Source: Amoebidium appalachense (Eukaryota; Protista; Ichthyosporea). Taken from it: a stretch of DNA of 64,000 nucleotides. The first letter of the stretch is position 1, and each line of letters starts with the position of its first letter. Positions 25,422 to 38,835 of this stretch are shown here, in pieces. The stretch spans positions 2,691,817 through 2,755,816 of the forward strand of contig CAVNZM010000013.1 of assembly GCA_963693365.1 (NCBI GenBank). The letters run 5' to 3'. The notes under the pieces were generated by a model. That model was not told where the DNA came from. It worked only from the letters and a program-made list of their open reading frames with translations, and did no database searches. Position numbers and translations under genes: made by a program.

Positions 25422-25948
25422 ATGGCTACCGAAATGGAAGGGCATGTTTTCAGAAGGAGGGAGACAGATTTTTTCAGACGATGGACTGAGTTTTATCTCG
25501 TGCTAAAGGATGCATCACTCCTGATCTTCTCCAAAAAAGGAGAGCCATCTCCAAAGAAAACGATGGTGCTGACAACCTCGTGTACCGTGGTGAGTCCCAC
25601 GGCTTTTAATTCACCTCCTTGGTTGTATCATTGTTGTGTGGGCTTTGACATAGTGCATCTGTTTGCATGTTTTTGTGCATGTGTGATGTGTGTGAAGAGG
25701 TAAGGTGTGTGTGTGTGTGTGGTGATGGTGGTGGTGGTGGTGGTGGGGGGGGGGGGGGGGGAGGGAGGGGGGAGGGGGGAGGGGGCTGAGTGTGACTATT
25801 GTGTGCAAACTGGTGTGTGTGCCTATGTGCCTGCCTGTGTGTATGTCGGTATGCACATAAAGGGGGAAGAAGGGGGGGGGGGGGGGGGGGGGGGGAGCTG
25901 CGGTTGTGTGTTTTAGTTTGAGTTTGTGTCAACCTTCGTATGTATCAG

Positions 25949-26001
<53 letters not shown>

Positions 26002-26810
26002 TTCTCTCCCTCTCTCTCCCCTTCTCTCTCCCTTCTCTGTTCTCTCTCTCCCCCCCCCCCCCCCCCCCCCTCTCTCCCCCTGCCTCCCCCCCCCCCCCCC
26101 CCTCCCCCCTCTTTGTGTGCTTGTGCAGATCTGGGCACGCATGTTCCCCAGCCTATGCTTGCAACAAAGTTTTATCAACACACCGAATTCCTGTTCACAT
26201 TTCGCATTAACCAAACCTTAATCAGAGTTTCCCATACTCTTAAGATCATGTGTTTGTCAATCCAACCCTTTGAAAGCCCGAGCTTCTTGTTTAGCTTAAT
26301 TTCTTGATTTTCAAAGTGTGCTGCTGTTATCGCAGGATACGGAGATCGGAGAAAAGAAAGGGTTGTACACGTTCCGTGTTCTCTACCCGGACGAAAAAGT
26401 AGCTCACTACGACCCCCTCCTCGCCTTAAGAGACAACCTCTCGGAGGCTGCTTCCATCTTTAAGGTACGTTCAACTGGCAAAGTTCACTGCAGATCGTTG
26501 ATTTCTTTGTGTTGTCGTTGTTGGTGAAGAGAGGGTGAAGGGATAGGTGTGAATGTATGGTTTTGTGTGTGCATGTTGGGTTGGGGTGGTCGGAGGTGGG
26601 GTTGTGTGTGTGTGTGGGGGGCGGGGGGGGGGGGGGGGGAGGGGGGGGGAGGAAATGGATGGTCAGAAGGGGGGGGGGGGGGGGTTGTTGGGGAGGGGGG
26701 GGATGGGCAGAAAGGGTTTTCCCAGGGGGGGGGGGGGGGGATGGAGGTAGTCTTGTGTTGTCATTATTGGTGAGAAGAAGGTGACGGGTTTTATTGTGGG
26801 TGTATGTTGT

Positions 26811-26907
<97 letters not shown>

Positions 26908-27278
26908 GGGGAGGGGGTGGGAGGGAGGGAGGGAAGACAGGAAAGAAAAGTTATTATACATTCTTTTGATGCTTTTCGAGGTTGGGCTCGAGTCTTCCCG
27001 AGGTTAACGACTAAGGGTTCAAACAGACTACGTACCCCATCAGACTAGCAAAATTTAGCCGCCGCCGGCTAAGATTGCTATGGTATATGACGTCACACCG
27101 ACTTGCTACCGTATTTAGTAAGAAATCGGTAAACGTCACATATCGTAGCAATCTTAGCCGGCGGCGGCTAAATTTTGCTAGTCTGACCGGGTACGTAGTC
27201 TGTTTTGAACCCTTGCTCCTTATGAGAGAAGGATGTGTACAAGGGTGAGAAACCTTTTTTATTTTTTATTTCATTTTT

Positions 27279-27317
<39 letters not shown>

Positions 27318-27840
27318 AGGTAAAGAGGATGTAGGTGAAGGAATACGTGGGGCAGAAGGAAAGGGGTGGGGAGATCGGTTAGTGGGGACGGGATGGGAGT
27401 TTGGTGACGTGGTGTGTGTGTGTGTGTGTGTGTGGTGGGGTTTGTGTGTTTGTGTGTTGGGGTGTGATAGGGGGTGGGGGGAGGGCTGTATCAATGAAAT
27501 GGTGGTGCACAGTGATGTCATGATATAAACTACTGTAAGGAATCCATGATATACTTTTCCTTTACATGGTGTGCAATCTCCTTCTTGGTTCGATCATCCG
27601 GAAATCACCATGTATATGAGTTCTGGAGCAATGCAGGCATAGTTGTTAACTTATTTCGCATCCTCACAGGGTGAAACGGATGCGGACCTGGAGGGAATGA
27701 AGGTGTTTGAGTTTGGTTGCCGAGAGAGGTCGGAGGCCGAGGACTGGAGAGATACCATCAGCAACGTAGGGAGCACACGCTCACATGTGCACGTGCATAC
27801 ACACATACAGAGATGCGCACACACGCACGCACACACTCAT

Positions 27841-27923
<83 letters not shown>

Positions 27924-28082
27924 TAAATGACGCTTACACAGTCACACATACGAACATGCAACCCCCCAACCCCCCCCCCCCCAAAAAAAAAAAAAAAAAA
28001 AGAAATGTATGCATGTATGAGACCACAACCATGCTCCTCCACAATCCCCCCCCCCCCCCCCCCCGCCCTCCGCTGCCGCCGC

Positions 28083-28126
<44 letters not shown>

Positions 28127-29005
28127 CCCACTTTTCCCCGTCCTTTTCCATGCTGCGATCTCCCCCTCCCCATCTTTCTATACCCCCCTCCCCTCATCTC
28201 CCCTTCTCCTTCCGATATGAGCTTCCCCTACAGTTACCGTGTATCAAATCGCTTCCCCCCCCCCCCCCCCCCCCCAAAGAACAACCTGTGTGCAATTTGA
28301 ACGTCTTTGCCTCCGTGGTTGCCAATCTGTAATGCATACATAACCGCCTCTCTCCCTTCTCCCCCTTCCTTCACACCCCATCCAAAACCAGCCCTAATTT
28401 ACCGGTCTCAGACCTAATTGGGCAAAAAGTAGGGCCTAAAAGCGGGGCCAAATACCAATCTGCAGCCTCTCAAAGCCAGTTTATGTTCGATTTCACTTAG
28501 AAAAGAGGTTTTCACCCTCTAACTAAAGTTGTAGGAAATAAAAAGACGCGCAAGTTGATACAAGCGGTCTGGGGCGTCCGACGCTGCCTTCACAGTCGAA
28601 ATCAGCTAAAACCAGCCAAAACCGCCTCCGGCTGAGGCCAGCCTGACTGACGGCGGGAGTCGATCGCATATAGCAAAACATGTGTGTTTTCCTGTTTTGA
28701 CCTCAAAAAGCGTGTCGGACACCATATGTTGCTTATATAAACAACGTGTGTCGCTTTATTTTCTATACTTTTCATTAAGGCGCCAAAGCCTGCTTCCTTT
28801 TCAATGTTTAGACTTTATTGAGTAAAAGCGGATTTGGACTATGACCGGCATAGCATGGCTAGACCCCACTTTTGAGCCACCAAATTCAATTAGGGATCTG
28901 AAACCGGTGAATTCCCTCAACTCCCACCCCGTCCCTTCCCTCCAACTGTACACCACACCTGGGGGCTTACTATGTCTACTCGAGGCATAGAGACCATTCT
29001 AAAGT

Positions 29006-29039
<34 letters not shown>

Positions 29040-30704
29040 GAGAGAGGGGGGACAGTGTATTCTCTCTGCATTAATATCGGGTGCATGTAATTCGGGTGTC
29101 TGGTTACTCTGAGGGGGAGGGGGGAGGGGGGGGGATTTGCTCAAATTATCCCCTCTGCAATATATTAGGTAGAGGACAATTCACTAAGTGTGGATTTTTA
29201 CCATTAGTGACTTGCACCCCCCCCCCCCCCCCCCCCCTCCACTCTACCCACACACACAGGCGATCCAATCGATCCGCTATGCCGAAAAGCAACGCCGCGC
29301 CCGTCGAAACACGCACAGAGCACCACCCTCCCTGGGTATCGAACAGACACCTGCACAGATACAGCATCTGTTTACCTCTGCAAAGGAGACCCCCCTATCC
29401 CCTCTGGTCGTCCCTGGGTCTAAGCCGTGGATTGCTCCGTTGGACTTGGGCCGTGCGGCAAGCGTGGGGTATGTATATTCATGTGTATGTGCTTTTTCTT
29501 TTCGGGTTCCCTTTCTTTCTTTTTTTCTTTTTTTCTTTTTTTTGGCATGTGTGTGTGATCGGAGAGGGGGGCCAATTGGGCCGTGCGGCAAGCATGGGGT
29601 ATGTATACATGTGTATGCGTTTTTCTTTTCGGCTCACCCCCCTCCCCCCTACCCCTACCCACCCACACAAGCACCTCCCCCCCCCCCCCCCCCCCCCCTT
29701 TCCCCCCAACCTCCTCTCCCATCCCTTCCCCTCCCCACCCACCCTCTTTTTCCCCTCTTCCACCCCCCCCCCCCCCCCCCCCCACCCCCACCCTCTCCCC
29801 ACCCACCCTCTCTTCCCCCCACCCCCCACCCCCCACCCCCACCCCCCATTCCCCACCCCTTACCCCCCACCCCCTTGAAGGCCCCCCATCCTCCATATCC
29901 CCCCCCCCAAACACACACACCACCTTTTCCACACAGTAAAACCGACGAATACGACATGCGTGGAGAGGAGGGGCAAACGGGAGCACAGGAGGAGCAGATA
30001 TGGTCGTTGGAGGGGGCACAGTGGCGCCTGTTTCGGGTGGTGGACGGGTGTGCTGTGTGGAGATTGTGGGAGCCTAAGACGGGGAGGGCGGTGAGCGAGG
30101 AGACGAGCGACCACGCTATGTTTATCAACAACACTGTGTTTAAGGTGATTAGTCCCTCACTGCAGCTAATATTTAGTATGTCGGATTGTGTACTGTTAAA
30201 CATCAGTTTTATCAACTATTACCTATTGATGTTGTGTAAATTGATCTATTATATAGATGTCAATCGTATCAAATATAGGGGCAAGGGGTCGAGTGACCAC
30301 ACTATGTTTATCAACAACACTGTGTTCAAGGTAGTAAGTCCCTCACTGCAGCTATTTTAGTATGTCGATCGTGTAAAGTAAACATCAGTTGTGTCAACTA
30401 TACCTGATAATTTAATGGTAAATTTGTCTATTGAAAATATATCTCCGTTATGTCAATTGTATAAAATATATAGGCGCTCTGTTTATTAACAACACCGTGT
30501 TCAAGGTTATGAGCCCGTCACTGCAGCTATATCAGTAATTGTGTTAAGTATGTCGATTATGTACAATATTTCAGTTGTAACTTAAGTACAATATTTCAGT
30601 TGTAACAATCGGCCTTTTGTACCACTTATCGATCAATAGCACCTGTATCTACTAAATCTTGTGCCAATCATTGCCAATATCAAGCTCACTCCACACACGT
30701 TCAT

Positions 30705-30768
<64 letters not shown>

Positions 30769-31152
30769 ACACGCGCACCCTTTTTTTTTCGCTTTTCATT
30801 TCCCATCTCCTTACCCGTCCTCTGCAACACACTAACTAACCCCCCTCTCCCCCAGTCTCTCGGCCTAGGCCTCCTGATGCTGACCGTTTTAGCCTTAAAA
30901 GGCTACGACTGGCTCGCATTGGTTGGTGGGCTGTGCGTTTCAGCTGGGATTCTGAACGGCATGGCCCAATCAAAATCCGAGTTCACGCCGTGGACGTTCT
31001 ACACCGGGGACATAGTCAGAGGCAGTCCCCGGCCCATTTGCCAGGCACTGTTGAACATCGAACTGATGCCAAAGTTGATTCCTGCTGTGTCCTTTGTATG
31101 TATCCACCCCCCCCCCCCCCCCCCCCCCTTCACCCCCCCCCCTCCCCCCTCA

Positions 31153-31224
<72 letters not shown>

Positions 31225-31645
31225 ATCAGCCCGCCTTCCCTCTCCCGCCACCCCCAACTAGTTGCTGCTGGGTCCTTTGTACCCAACACCCACCCCCTCC
31301 CCCCTCCCTCCCTCCCTCCCCCCACCCCCTCCCCCCCTTCCACAAATACACACATGCCCTCATCACCACGCCTTCGCCCCCTCCCCCCGCACATACATTA
31401 CCGTCTAAGAGCCACACCGGCATACAATGATGCCATCCGACATACAAACACTACGTAACAACTCCCCTCCTCCCTCCCAGTCCCCCCCCCCCCCCCCCCC
31501 CCCTCCCCCCCCCCCCCCTCCCCCCCCCCCTTTTTTTAAACTTAAAATGCATACCATTTATATGTGCCCCTTCCTGTGAAATCATTGTGTTGTCTGTCGT
31601 GAAAATATGTGCTTCGTAATCAGTAACGGATATTAAAACTGATCC

Positions 31646-31677
<32 letters not shown>

Positions 31678-31740
31678 ACACCACCACCACCACCACCACC
31701 AACCCACCCACCCTTCCAAAATGCATGCACACACACTCAC

Positions 31741-31797
<57 letters not shown>

Positions 31798-31814
31798 ACA
31801 CATACACACACACA

Positions 31815-31886
<72 letters not shown>

Positions 31887-32330
31887 CCCCCCCTTCCCCC
31901 ACCCACCCACCCACCCATCCACCCACACACACACACACACGTACACAGGCAGAGGTAGTAGAGACCATCAACGAATACACGGACATCATCTACCTGTGCT
32001 TCAAACCCGTGTGGCTGGCCGGGTTCTATGCCCGCCCACGTGACGTGGTGCTGCTCCGCTATTGGAGGAAGGAGGAGGACGGCAGCCGCTTGGTCGTTTA
32101 TCAGAGCACCACCCATCTCAAGAAACCAAAGAGGAGAGGGTATGTAATCCCCCCCCCCCCCCCCCCCCTTTCTCCTCCCCCCCCCCCCTCCCCCCCAACA
32201 CACACACCCCTCCCGTAGCATGTCTGTCTCCCTCTACCCCCCCCCCCCCCTCTCTCCTCCCCCCTCCCCCCGTCTCTCTTGTTGCCCTCCCTCCCCCCTC
32301 TCTCCTCGTCTTTCTGCCTCCCTCCCCGCT

Positions 32331-32361
<31 letters not shown>

Positions 32362-32845
32362 CGCCCTATTTAGAACATGCTCTTTTTGAAACCTTCTCCT
32401 CCTCTGTCCATCTCTATACATTTTAGACTATGTCCCCTCGATCGTTCCCTGCCCATACACATATTCTCCCCCCCCCCTCCCCCCCTTGCCCCACACACAC
32501 ACGCAGGCACGCACGCGCACACACACACACCCCTCACCCCACACGTCAAAGACACCTTCCTCCTCCCCCCCCCCCCCCTCTCTTTACCACCACCATCAGA
32601 ACATGCTGGTTTTGATAATGGCATTTCCGACGTTGCACCTAAACCTCAACCCCCCTCCCCCCCCCCCCCCCCCCTTTCTCCCGGCGCCTGCCACGCCTGT
32701 CCCGCTCCCCTGCCGAAACACACATACACAGCTCACTTACCCCCCCCCCCCCCCCCCATCCCTATCCCCACCACACACACACATGCACACACGATTACAC
32801 ACACACACACACACACACCTGCATACACGCACGCGCACAACCCCC

Positions 32846-32876
<31 letters not shown>

Positions 32877-34031
32877 AAAAAAAAAAAAAAAACAAACACC
32901 CATGCACAGTTTTGTACGCGGCCACATCTCTGCCGCCGCAGTTGTTATCTCCCCGGAGCATCCAGAAATTACGGCCACTCGCGGATCACCCCTACCACGC
33001 AGCATGGTTTCAGTCATCTACAACTACAGCCCCATGGGCATAGGCACGATTGTGTCTGTCGTGCTCAGGCAATTGAACTTCGTCACACCGTGGTTGTTGC
33101 AGGTGTGTACGTGTATGTACGTGTGTGTGTTTGTGTGTGTTTTTTTTTGGGGGGGGGGGGGGGGGGGGGGGACTTTCGTCAACATATCCTCATGCTACAA
33201 CTTCATACAAACTTGTTTTCAATGTTTTCAATGTCTCTGCTGGCACACTTGCCACCAGTGATATACCCCCCCCCCCCCCCCCCCCCCCCCCCCCTGCTCC
33301 CTCCCCTCCCCTCCCCCTCCCCCCCTCCACCACTCCTCCCCCTCTCCTTTTCTAACACACCTCATTCCTTTATAACCCATAACAGGTTCGCACCCTCCAG
33401 CACTTCATGAACCTCGAAGACTTTGTCCACCCACACGTCCCCCTATAAAAAAAAAACAAAAAATAAAAAATCCCCCCCCCCCCCCCCCCCTCCCCATCTT
33501 TTTTTCTAACACACATTATTCCACCTTAACCCATGACAGGTTCACACCCTCCAGCACTTCATGAACCTCAGAGACTTTGTCCACCCACACGCCCTCCTTT
33601 CACAAAACAAAATAATAAACAAAAAATAACCCCCCTTCCCCCCACCCCCTCTCCCTCCTCCCCCCTCCCCATCTTTTTTTTTTCTAACACACCTCATTCA
33701 CTCTTAACCCATTATAGGTTCGTACCCTCCAGCACTTCATGAACCTCAAAGACTTTGTCCACCCACACGTCACCATGGCCGCATCCAACCCTGACGAAGA
33801 AAAACTCGAATCCTTAACCCTGGACTTGCGCGGTCTCGTCATGGGCGTGGATCGCATTCCGACCTCGGTGAATCCTCGATCGTATCACGAACCCGATGGT
33901 AGCTTGTTCCAAGTACGAGGTGCAAATTATCTGCTGGATGGGGTTAAGGTCAGGGCGGAGAGTTCTGTCTTCCGATTGGTCGCAATGGATGTGTTTGCGT
34001 TTGAAGATCCTGATCACAGGTTAGTGGATAG

Positions 34032-34068
<37 letters not shown>

Positions 34069-35567
34069 ACACACACACCTACAAAAAAAAAATAAAAAAA
34101 TTGTGTGTGCCCACAGACACACACACACACACACACACAAAGACGCACCACCACCACCACCATCACCTTTTGTTTTGTTTTTCTTCTTCTGTTGATTGGC
34201 TCTGTTCAATATGCCTCTGCTTGCACATGAATTTGGTGTTTTTGTGCTGCTTTGCTTGCGGTTGGTCTTTGCCAAAATCCGGCAATCATCGAAGGATGAC
34301 TAAACCTAAACGAATAGCAGAATAATGAAAGGTGAAACTGAGAAAAGCAAGAAACAAAAAAAAGCAAGAAAGAAAGAAAGGGGAAACATCCTGCGTGCCG
34401 GCTCCTCCCTACCTCCTGCCGCCGCAAAACCAACAACCCAACCTACGAATGCTACTAACACGCACACATACACACACACACACACACACACAAACAACCA
34501 CGTACACACACACACACACACGTACACACACACACACACACGTACACACACGTACACACACGTACACACGTACACACACACGTATACGTACACATACAGA
34601 TACTCTCTGTGCCTCCGTCCAGACAGCCTCGTCTCCAGAATCGCCTCCGGCAGCATCAAGGCCCATTACCAAAAACCCCCCTCAACCCCGGCCGCCACGC
34701 GAAGATTCCAAACCGCGCCGCAGCAAACCCCCACCAATCTCAACAACCTGCCTAGCACCCTGAAAATCCCCACCTCCCAGCAGGGGATGGGGGGGGCTGG
34801 ATCCGCGAACGAAATTCCGTTTACGTTTGTGGTCAACATGGTAGTGCCTTGCGCCGACAACCTAGCGGTGGTGATGTATTTTCAGCCGATATCGCGCGAT
34901 TGGGAGCGGCACCACCCAGGGTTTGCAAATCTGCTGAAGCAGTTTATGGAGGGGGATGATGAGTTCAGAAACAACCGGTTCAAGCTGATACCGAATATAG
35001 TCGAGGGCAGTTTTATCCTGAGGAAGGCTGTGCCTAGCAGGCCCGTGATCATTGGCAATAAGGTGAAAAAAAAGGGTCGCTGGGTGGGTGGGTGGGTGGT
35101 GTTTTGGAGGGGAGGCGATGTACGTAATGAACTGGTTTTAAGTTTTGGCTCCTTTTTTTTTTTTTGGGGGGGGGGGGGGGGGGGGAGGGGGGGGGGGGGG
35201 GAGGGGGGGGGGGGGGGGGGGAGGGTTGAGGGGGAGGGAAGGGGAGGAAGGGAGGGCGGGATGATCGGGAAAAAAGTGTGTGTGTGGGGGGGGGGAGGAG
35301 GGGGGAGGGGGTTTTTCCGGACATACTTAATCTGGGTGTACCCTTTCCGTTGTCTTTTTCCCGCGGGGGGTGGGGGGGGGGGGGGGGGGGGTTGGCGGGG
35401 AGGGGGAGGGGAGAGGGGGAGGGGGGAGAGGGCGGATGATATATGTGTTGTATTCCTTGAATGTGTGTGTGTGTTATTTCGTTATTGTTCTCCTGCAGGT
35501 CTAGGAGCATTCACACATGCATGTGCGTGTGTGTGCGTGTGTGCGTATGCATGCCCGCATGTCGACC

Positions 35568-35598
<31 letters not shown>

Positions 35599-35732
35599 AA
35601 AAAAAAAGATTTTTTGTTTTGCTACCACCTCGATATCCCCCGCCTTCCTTTCTCCTCCCCGTCCCCTCCCTCCCCTCTTCAATCCCTCTTCCTGCACAAG
35701 AAAACACACCCGACAAATGCATAGGCGCACGA

Positions 35733-35774
<42 letters not shown>

Positions 35775-35870
35775 TGCACCAACGCTCAACCACCAACCAC
35801 TAATAATGAAAAGATTCTCAAACTGCGGCAGCAACGCAAGCACAACACCAAAACAAGAAAAGAACCCCCC

Positions 35871-35901
<31 letters not shown>

Positions 35902-36192
35902 AAAAAAAGGTGAAACAAAACCAACCAACCCCCGCCTTTCCCCCCACCACAGGGCCTACGTATGGTCTACACCAAGGGGCCCAACTGGTACGAAGTAGAC
36001 GTGGACGTGGCAAGCGACCCAACCGCACGCAGTCTGTGCGGGATGGCCTTAGGCGCTACAAAATCGCTCACTGTCGATTTGGCCTATCTCATAGAGGGCC
36101 AAGCTCCCTCGGAGCTCCCAGAGTCTATTTTGGGCGCGGTTAGGTTCGATCATATTGACTTGGCGAACTGTACGCGTGTACCTAAGAAATGA
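25422..36192 (+). CDS. EDR2-like PH-START-DUF1336 lipid-binding protein, 11 exons, ~812 aa
   Basis: Exons 25422-25589, 26336-26464, 27670-27765, 29260-29468, 29937-30144, 30856-31095, 31949-32139, 32910-33102, 33718-34019, 34600-35062, 35953-36192; GT-AG, phases consistent (2439 nt). PH: [28 protein letters not shown]; START: [36 protein letters not shown]; DUF1336: [74 protein letters not shown]. Confidence 0.92.
27013..27214. mobile_element. ~200-bp foldback/MITE-like palindrome in EDR2-like intron 2
   Basis: AAGGGTTCAAACAGACTACGTACC..CAGACTAGCAAAATTTAGCCGCCGCCGGCTAAGATTGCTA mirrored by TAGCAATCTTAGCCGGCGGCGGCTAAATTTTGCTAGTCTG..GGTACGTAGTCTGTTTTGAACCCTT. Confidence 0.85.
28396..28913. mobile_element. 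~520-bp MITE with imperfect TIRs and apparent 4-bp TSD (CCCT)
   Basis: Left AATTTACCGGTCTCAGACCTAATTG vs reverse complement of right AATTCACCGGTTTCAGATCCCTAATTG; CCCT flanks both sides; interior lacks microsatellites. Confidence 0.65.
30109..30560 (+). repeat. ~186-bp triplication including the 3' end and donor of EDR2-like exon 5
   Basis: TGTTTATCAACAACACTGTGTTYAAG|GT..GTCCCTCACTGCAGC recurs with donors after 30144, 30330 and ~30505. Confidence 0.85.
33350..33775 (+). repeat. Triplicated acceptor and 5' end of EDR2-like exon 9
   Basis: AG|GTTCRYACCCTCCAGCACTTCATGAACCTC..GACTTTGTCCACCCACACG after 33385, 33539 and 33717. Confidence 0.85.
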
Positions 36193-36410
36193 TCGAGCGT
36201 ACTGCTATGATCTTGAGGGAATTTGGTCTAGTCTAGCTTGGGGGTTGAAGATTCGATCATAGTGACTTGGGTTATTGTACGCGTGTACCTAAGAATTGAT
36301 CCGAGTGTGCTAATATGATCTTGAGGGATATTCGTCCAATCTAGCTTGGGGTAGGAAGATTTGATCATATTGACTTGGGTATTTCCACGTGTGTACCTAA
36401 GCACTGACAC
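36140..36410 (+). repeat. ~108-bp degenerate triplication of the EDR2-like stop-codon region
   Basis: GATCATAKTGACTTGG..CGYGTGTACCTAAG recurs at ~36147, ~36255 and ~36363. Confidence 0.75.
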
Positions 36411-36954
36411 GAGAATGTGCCTTGTGGGAGAGTGACAGAATCTAGAATTAATATTAGACGTGCATGCCAAGGGGTTGAAGGTTAGAGGGGTGGTGACAGG
36501 AGGTGGTGATGTGAGGATGATGGAGAGTGGAGGGTTGTGGGGTGGGGTGTTGCATGGGGTGGGACGGAGTGGGGCTGGGTAATGATATGTGTGTACAGTG
36601 TGCATGTGTGGGTGGGTGGGTGGTGGGGTGGGGGATGGGGGTGTGTGTGTGTGGGGGGGTCGTCTCCGTGTCTGTGTCGGCTTTCTGTCTCTCAGTCTCT
36701 CTCTCGCTCTGTGCCCGCGCGTGTGTGTGTACGAGCATGCTTGTGCACGCACGTGCATGTTTGCGTTCTATCGTAGCGAGTTCTGAGCCTTGTGTTGTGG
36801 GGTGGACGGGTGGAAGCTGAGGTTTTATTTGTGGAATTTATTGACATAAATATTTTTCTGGGTAAACACGTAGGATGGGTGTCCAATATCAACACAACCA
36901 TGTAGGCTTCGTTTCGTGTTTTAGCAGTTCGCGTTCGGCTGCCCGCATACGGGC

Positions 36955-37090
36955 ACCTATTAGCCGATCAAAACGTCAGATCTCCACAGAACACTAGACT
37001 GAGTTTGATTGGCTCAGGATCAGATTTCACATAACACTAGATCGATTTTGATTGGCTCGGATCGGCAGCCTTAGGTATATAAGCACGACA
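36955..37090 (+). promoter_or_regulatory. Putative Pol II promoter in the A repeat (CCAAT boxes + TATA)
   Basis: GATTGGCTC twice, then GGTATATAAGC at ~37074, ~120 nt before the gag ATG; similar motifs in the other A copies. Confidence 0.6.
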
Positions 37091-37199
37091 GTTTTTAGCA
37101 GTTCAGCAAGCAACAGACACATCTATTGTGTTTAGCACCTACAGCTTTACAGCTATATTTTCCTTTTTCATTCTCCCTATCTTTCCTACGCCGGTCAGC

Positions 37200-38358
37200 A
37201 TGCCGCCGAAAAAGCGCCAGGCCTCAGCCACCGCCCCTGCCGCGGCACCTAAGCGCCTGACCCGCAGCGACCTCCGCCACAGACTGACCAACGCTCCCGC
37301 GGGCCCTGACGCGCCTCCGGAGGCCCATGCCACCACGGACCCTCCGGCTACTCTCCCCTCTACTCCTCATGTCCCTCCTCAGGCCCCGCCGTCCCCCGCC
37401 GATGACTTCTCAAGACGCCGTCCTTGCCGCCCTCACCGCCATCAGCACCCAGATGGCTGGCGTCCTGGCCGCTCTCACCAACCGCGACCCTCCCGCGCCC
37501 CCCGCCGCACCCTCCGCACCCGGGGAGGTTTCCCCGGGACTGCATCTCGGTCCTGACCTAGACCTACCTGCCCTGCCCGTCATTACAGGTGAGAACACTG
37601 GCGACATTCAGCCGGGCACACTGCCGCTTCCCCCCGCGGATGTGCTGGCAGATTTGCGCGCCAATCGTTTCGTCGACCTGTATAAGTTCACCCCCGCAGC
37701 CCTCCTGGCCCCATCCAAGAAAGGCCAGCAGCTGCGCATGGCCGACGACGGCAGCATCGAGGCTTTTCGCAATGATAAACCCGTTCCCCTGCGTTCACTC
37801 GTCATTTGGATCCAAGCTTGGGCCCATTACATGGCCGCCAAGCACCACCTCGACCTCCCCACGGACAAGGATGTACTTTGGACTCAGCACATCACTCGCC
37901 TCAGCACCCGATACCCGTGGGCCCAGATCCACAACTATGACGTGTACGCCCGTACCGTTGCCCACCAGCAGGGCCGGGCTCCGATCGAGTGTCCCAACCT
38001 GCTCGCCCAACTCCACCAGGATCTCCTCCTGCCACCCACTCTGCTGATCCCGGACGCATGTCAGCGCTGTGGCTTCCCCGACCACCCCAGCGCGGCCTGC
38101 CCCATGTACCCCAAGCCCGGCTGTGGTCTTGACGGCTTCAAGCCGCCACACAAGCCCGGCGGGGGCCAAACCCCCAACCGCCCTGGCCCGCAACTCGGCC
38201 CGGCAAAACCGGCCCGACCCGTGGATCTACCCGCGACACACTGCAGGAATTTCCACATTAACGGTCGGTCCTGCGCTAAGCAGCCCTGCCCCTTCTCCAA
38301 CGTGTGCCCGCTCTGCTCGGGCACACACCCCCGCAAAGACTGCAAGCACACTGCCTAG
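37200..38358 (+). CDS. Gag-like ORF1 of copy 1 (1-nt frameshift near 37395)
   Basis: Starts MPPKKRQAS; C-terminal CxxC-H-C knuckles and CRNFHINGRSCAKQPCPFSNVCPLCSGTHPRKDC zinc fingers; continuous in copy 2. Confidence 0.8.
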
Positions 38359-38742
38359 TCTACGCGCGCACACACAGATAGAACATAGGGGCTAGGAGCT
38401 AGGACACACGGGTACAAGGAAACGGAGCTCGGGAAAACGGGGCAATAGGGCTGAGTACGAAATTTCGCAGGCCAACTACGGCGCCCGCGCGCGCCAAGAA
38501 TAAATGTCCCTCAACAAAGACGTTATTCTGGCCACTGCACATAATTTTACTCCCCCCCCATCCCACGAGCCTCCCCCCCTGGCACTCACCAACACTCCCT
38601 CCCCCCCCCCCCCCCCCTTCTTCTACCTCTGTGTCCGCCCACACCCCCGCGTGCTCGGGCATCCCCTGCACAGGGCCCCGCTGCCCTCCCTGCAAACCCT
38701 CCCTCGGGCCCAGCTGCCCTACTCTATCCCCCGGGGGCCCTG

Positions 38743-38773
<31 letters not shown>

Positions 38774-38835
38774 GCTGCCGGGATCTCCCCGAGGGTGCCC
38801 CACCCTTGCTAACCACACCTTCCCCCGAGGCTCAG

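Noticed and set aside
37128-37199. GTG-initiated signal-peptide-like extension of gag (also ORFs at 50981 and 52119)
   Set aside because: Lies within the A repeat just after the TATA box; the ATG at 37200/52191 is the better start.
38504-38835. ATG 38504 or GTG 38631 as the pol start
   Set aside because: Frame not conserved in copy 2 (indels and an in-frame TGA); homopolymer errors cannot be fully excluded.
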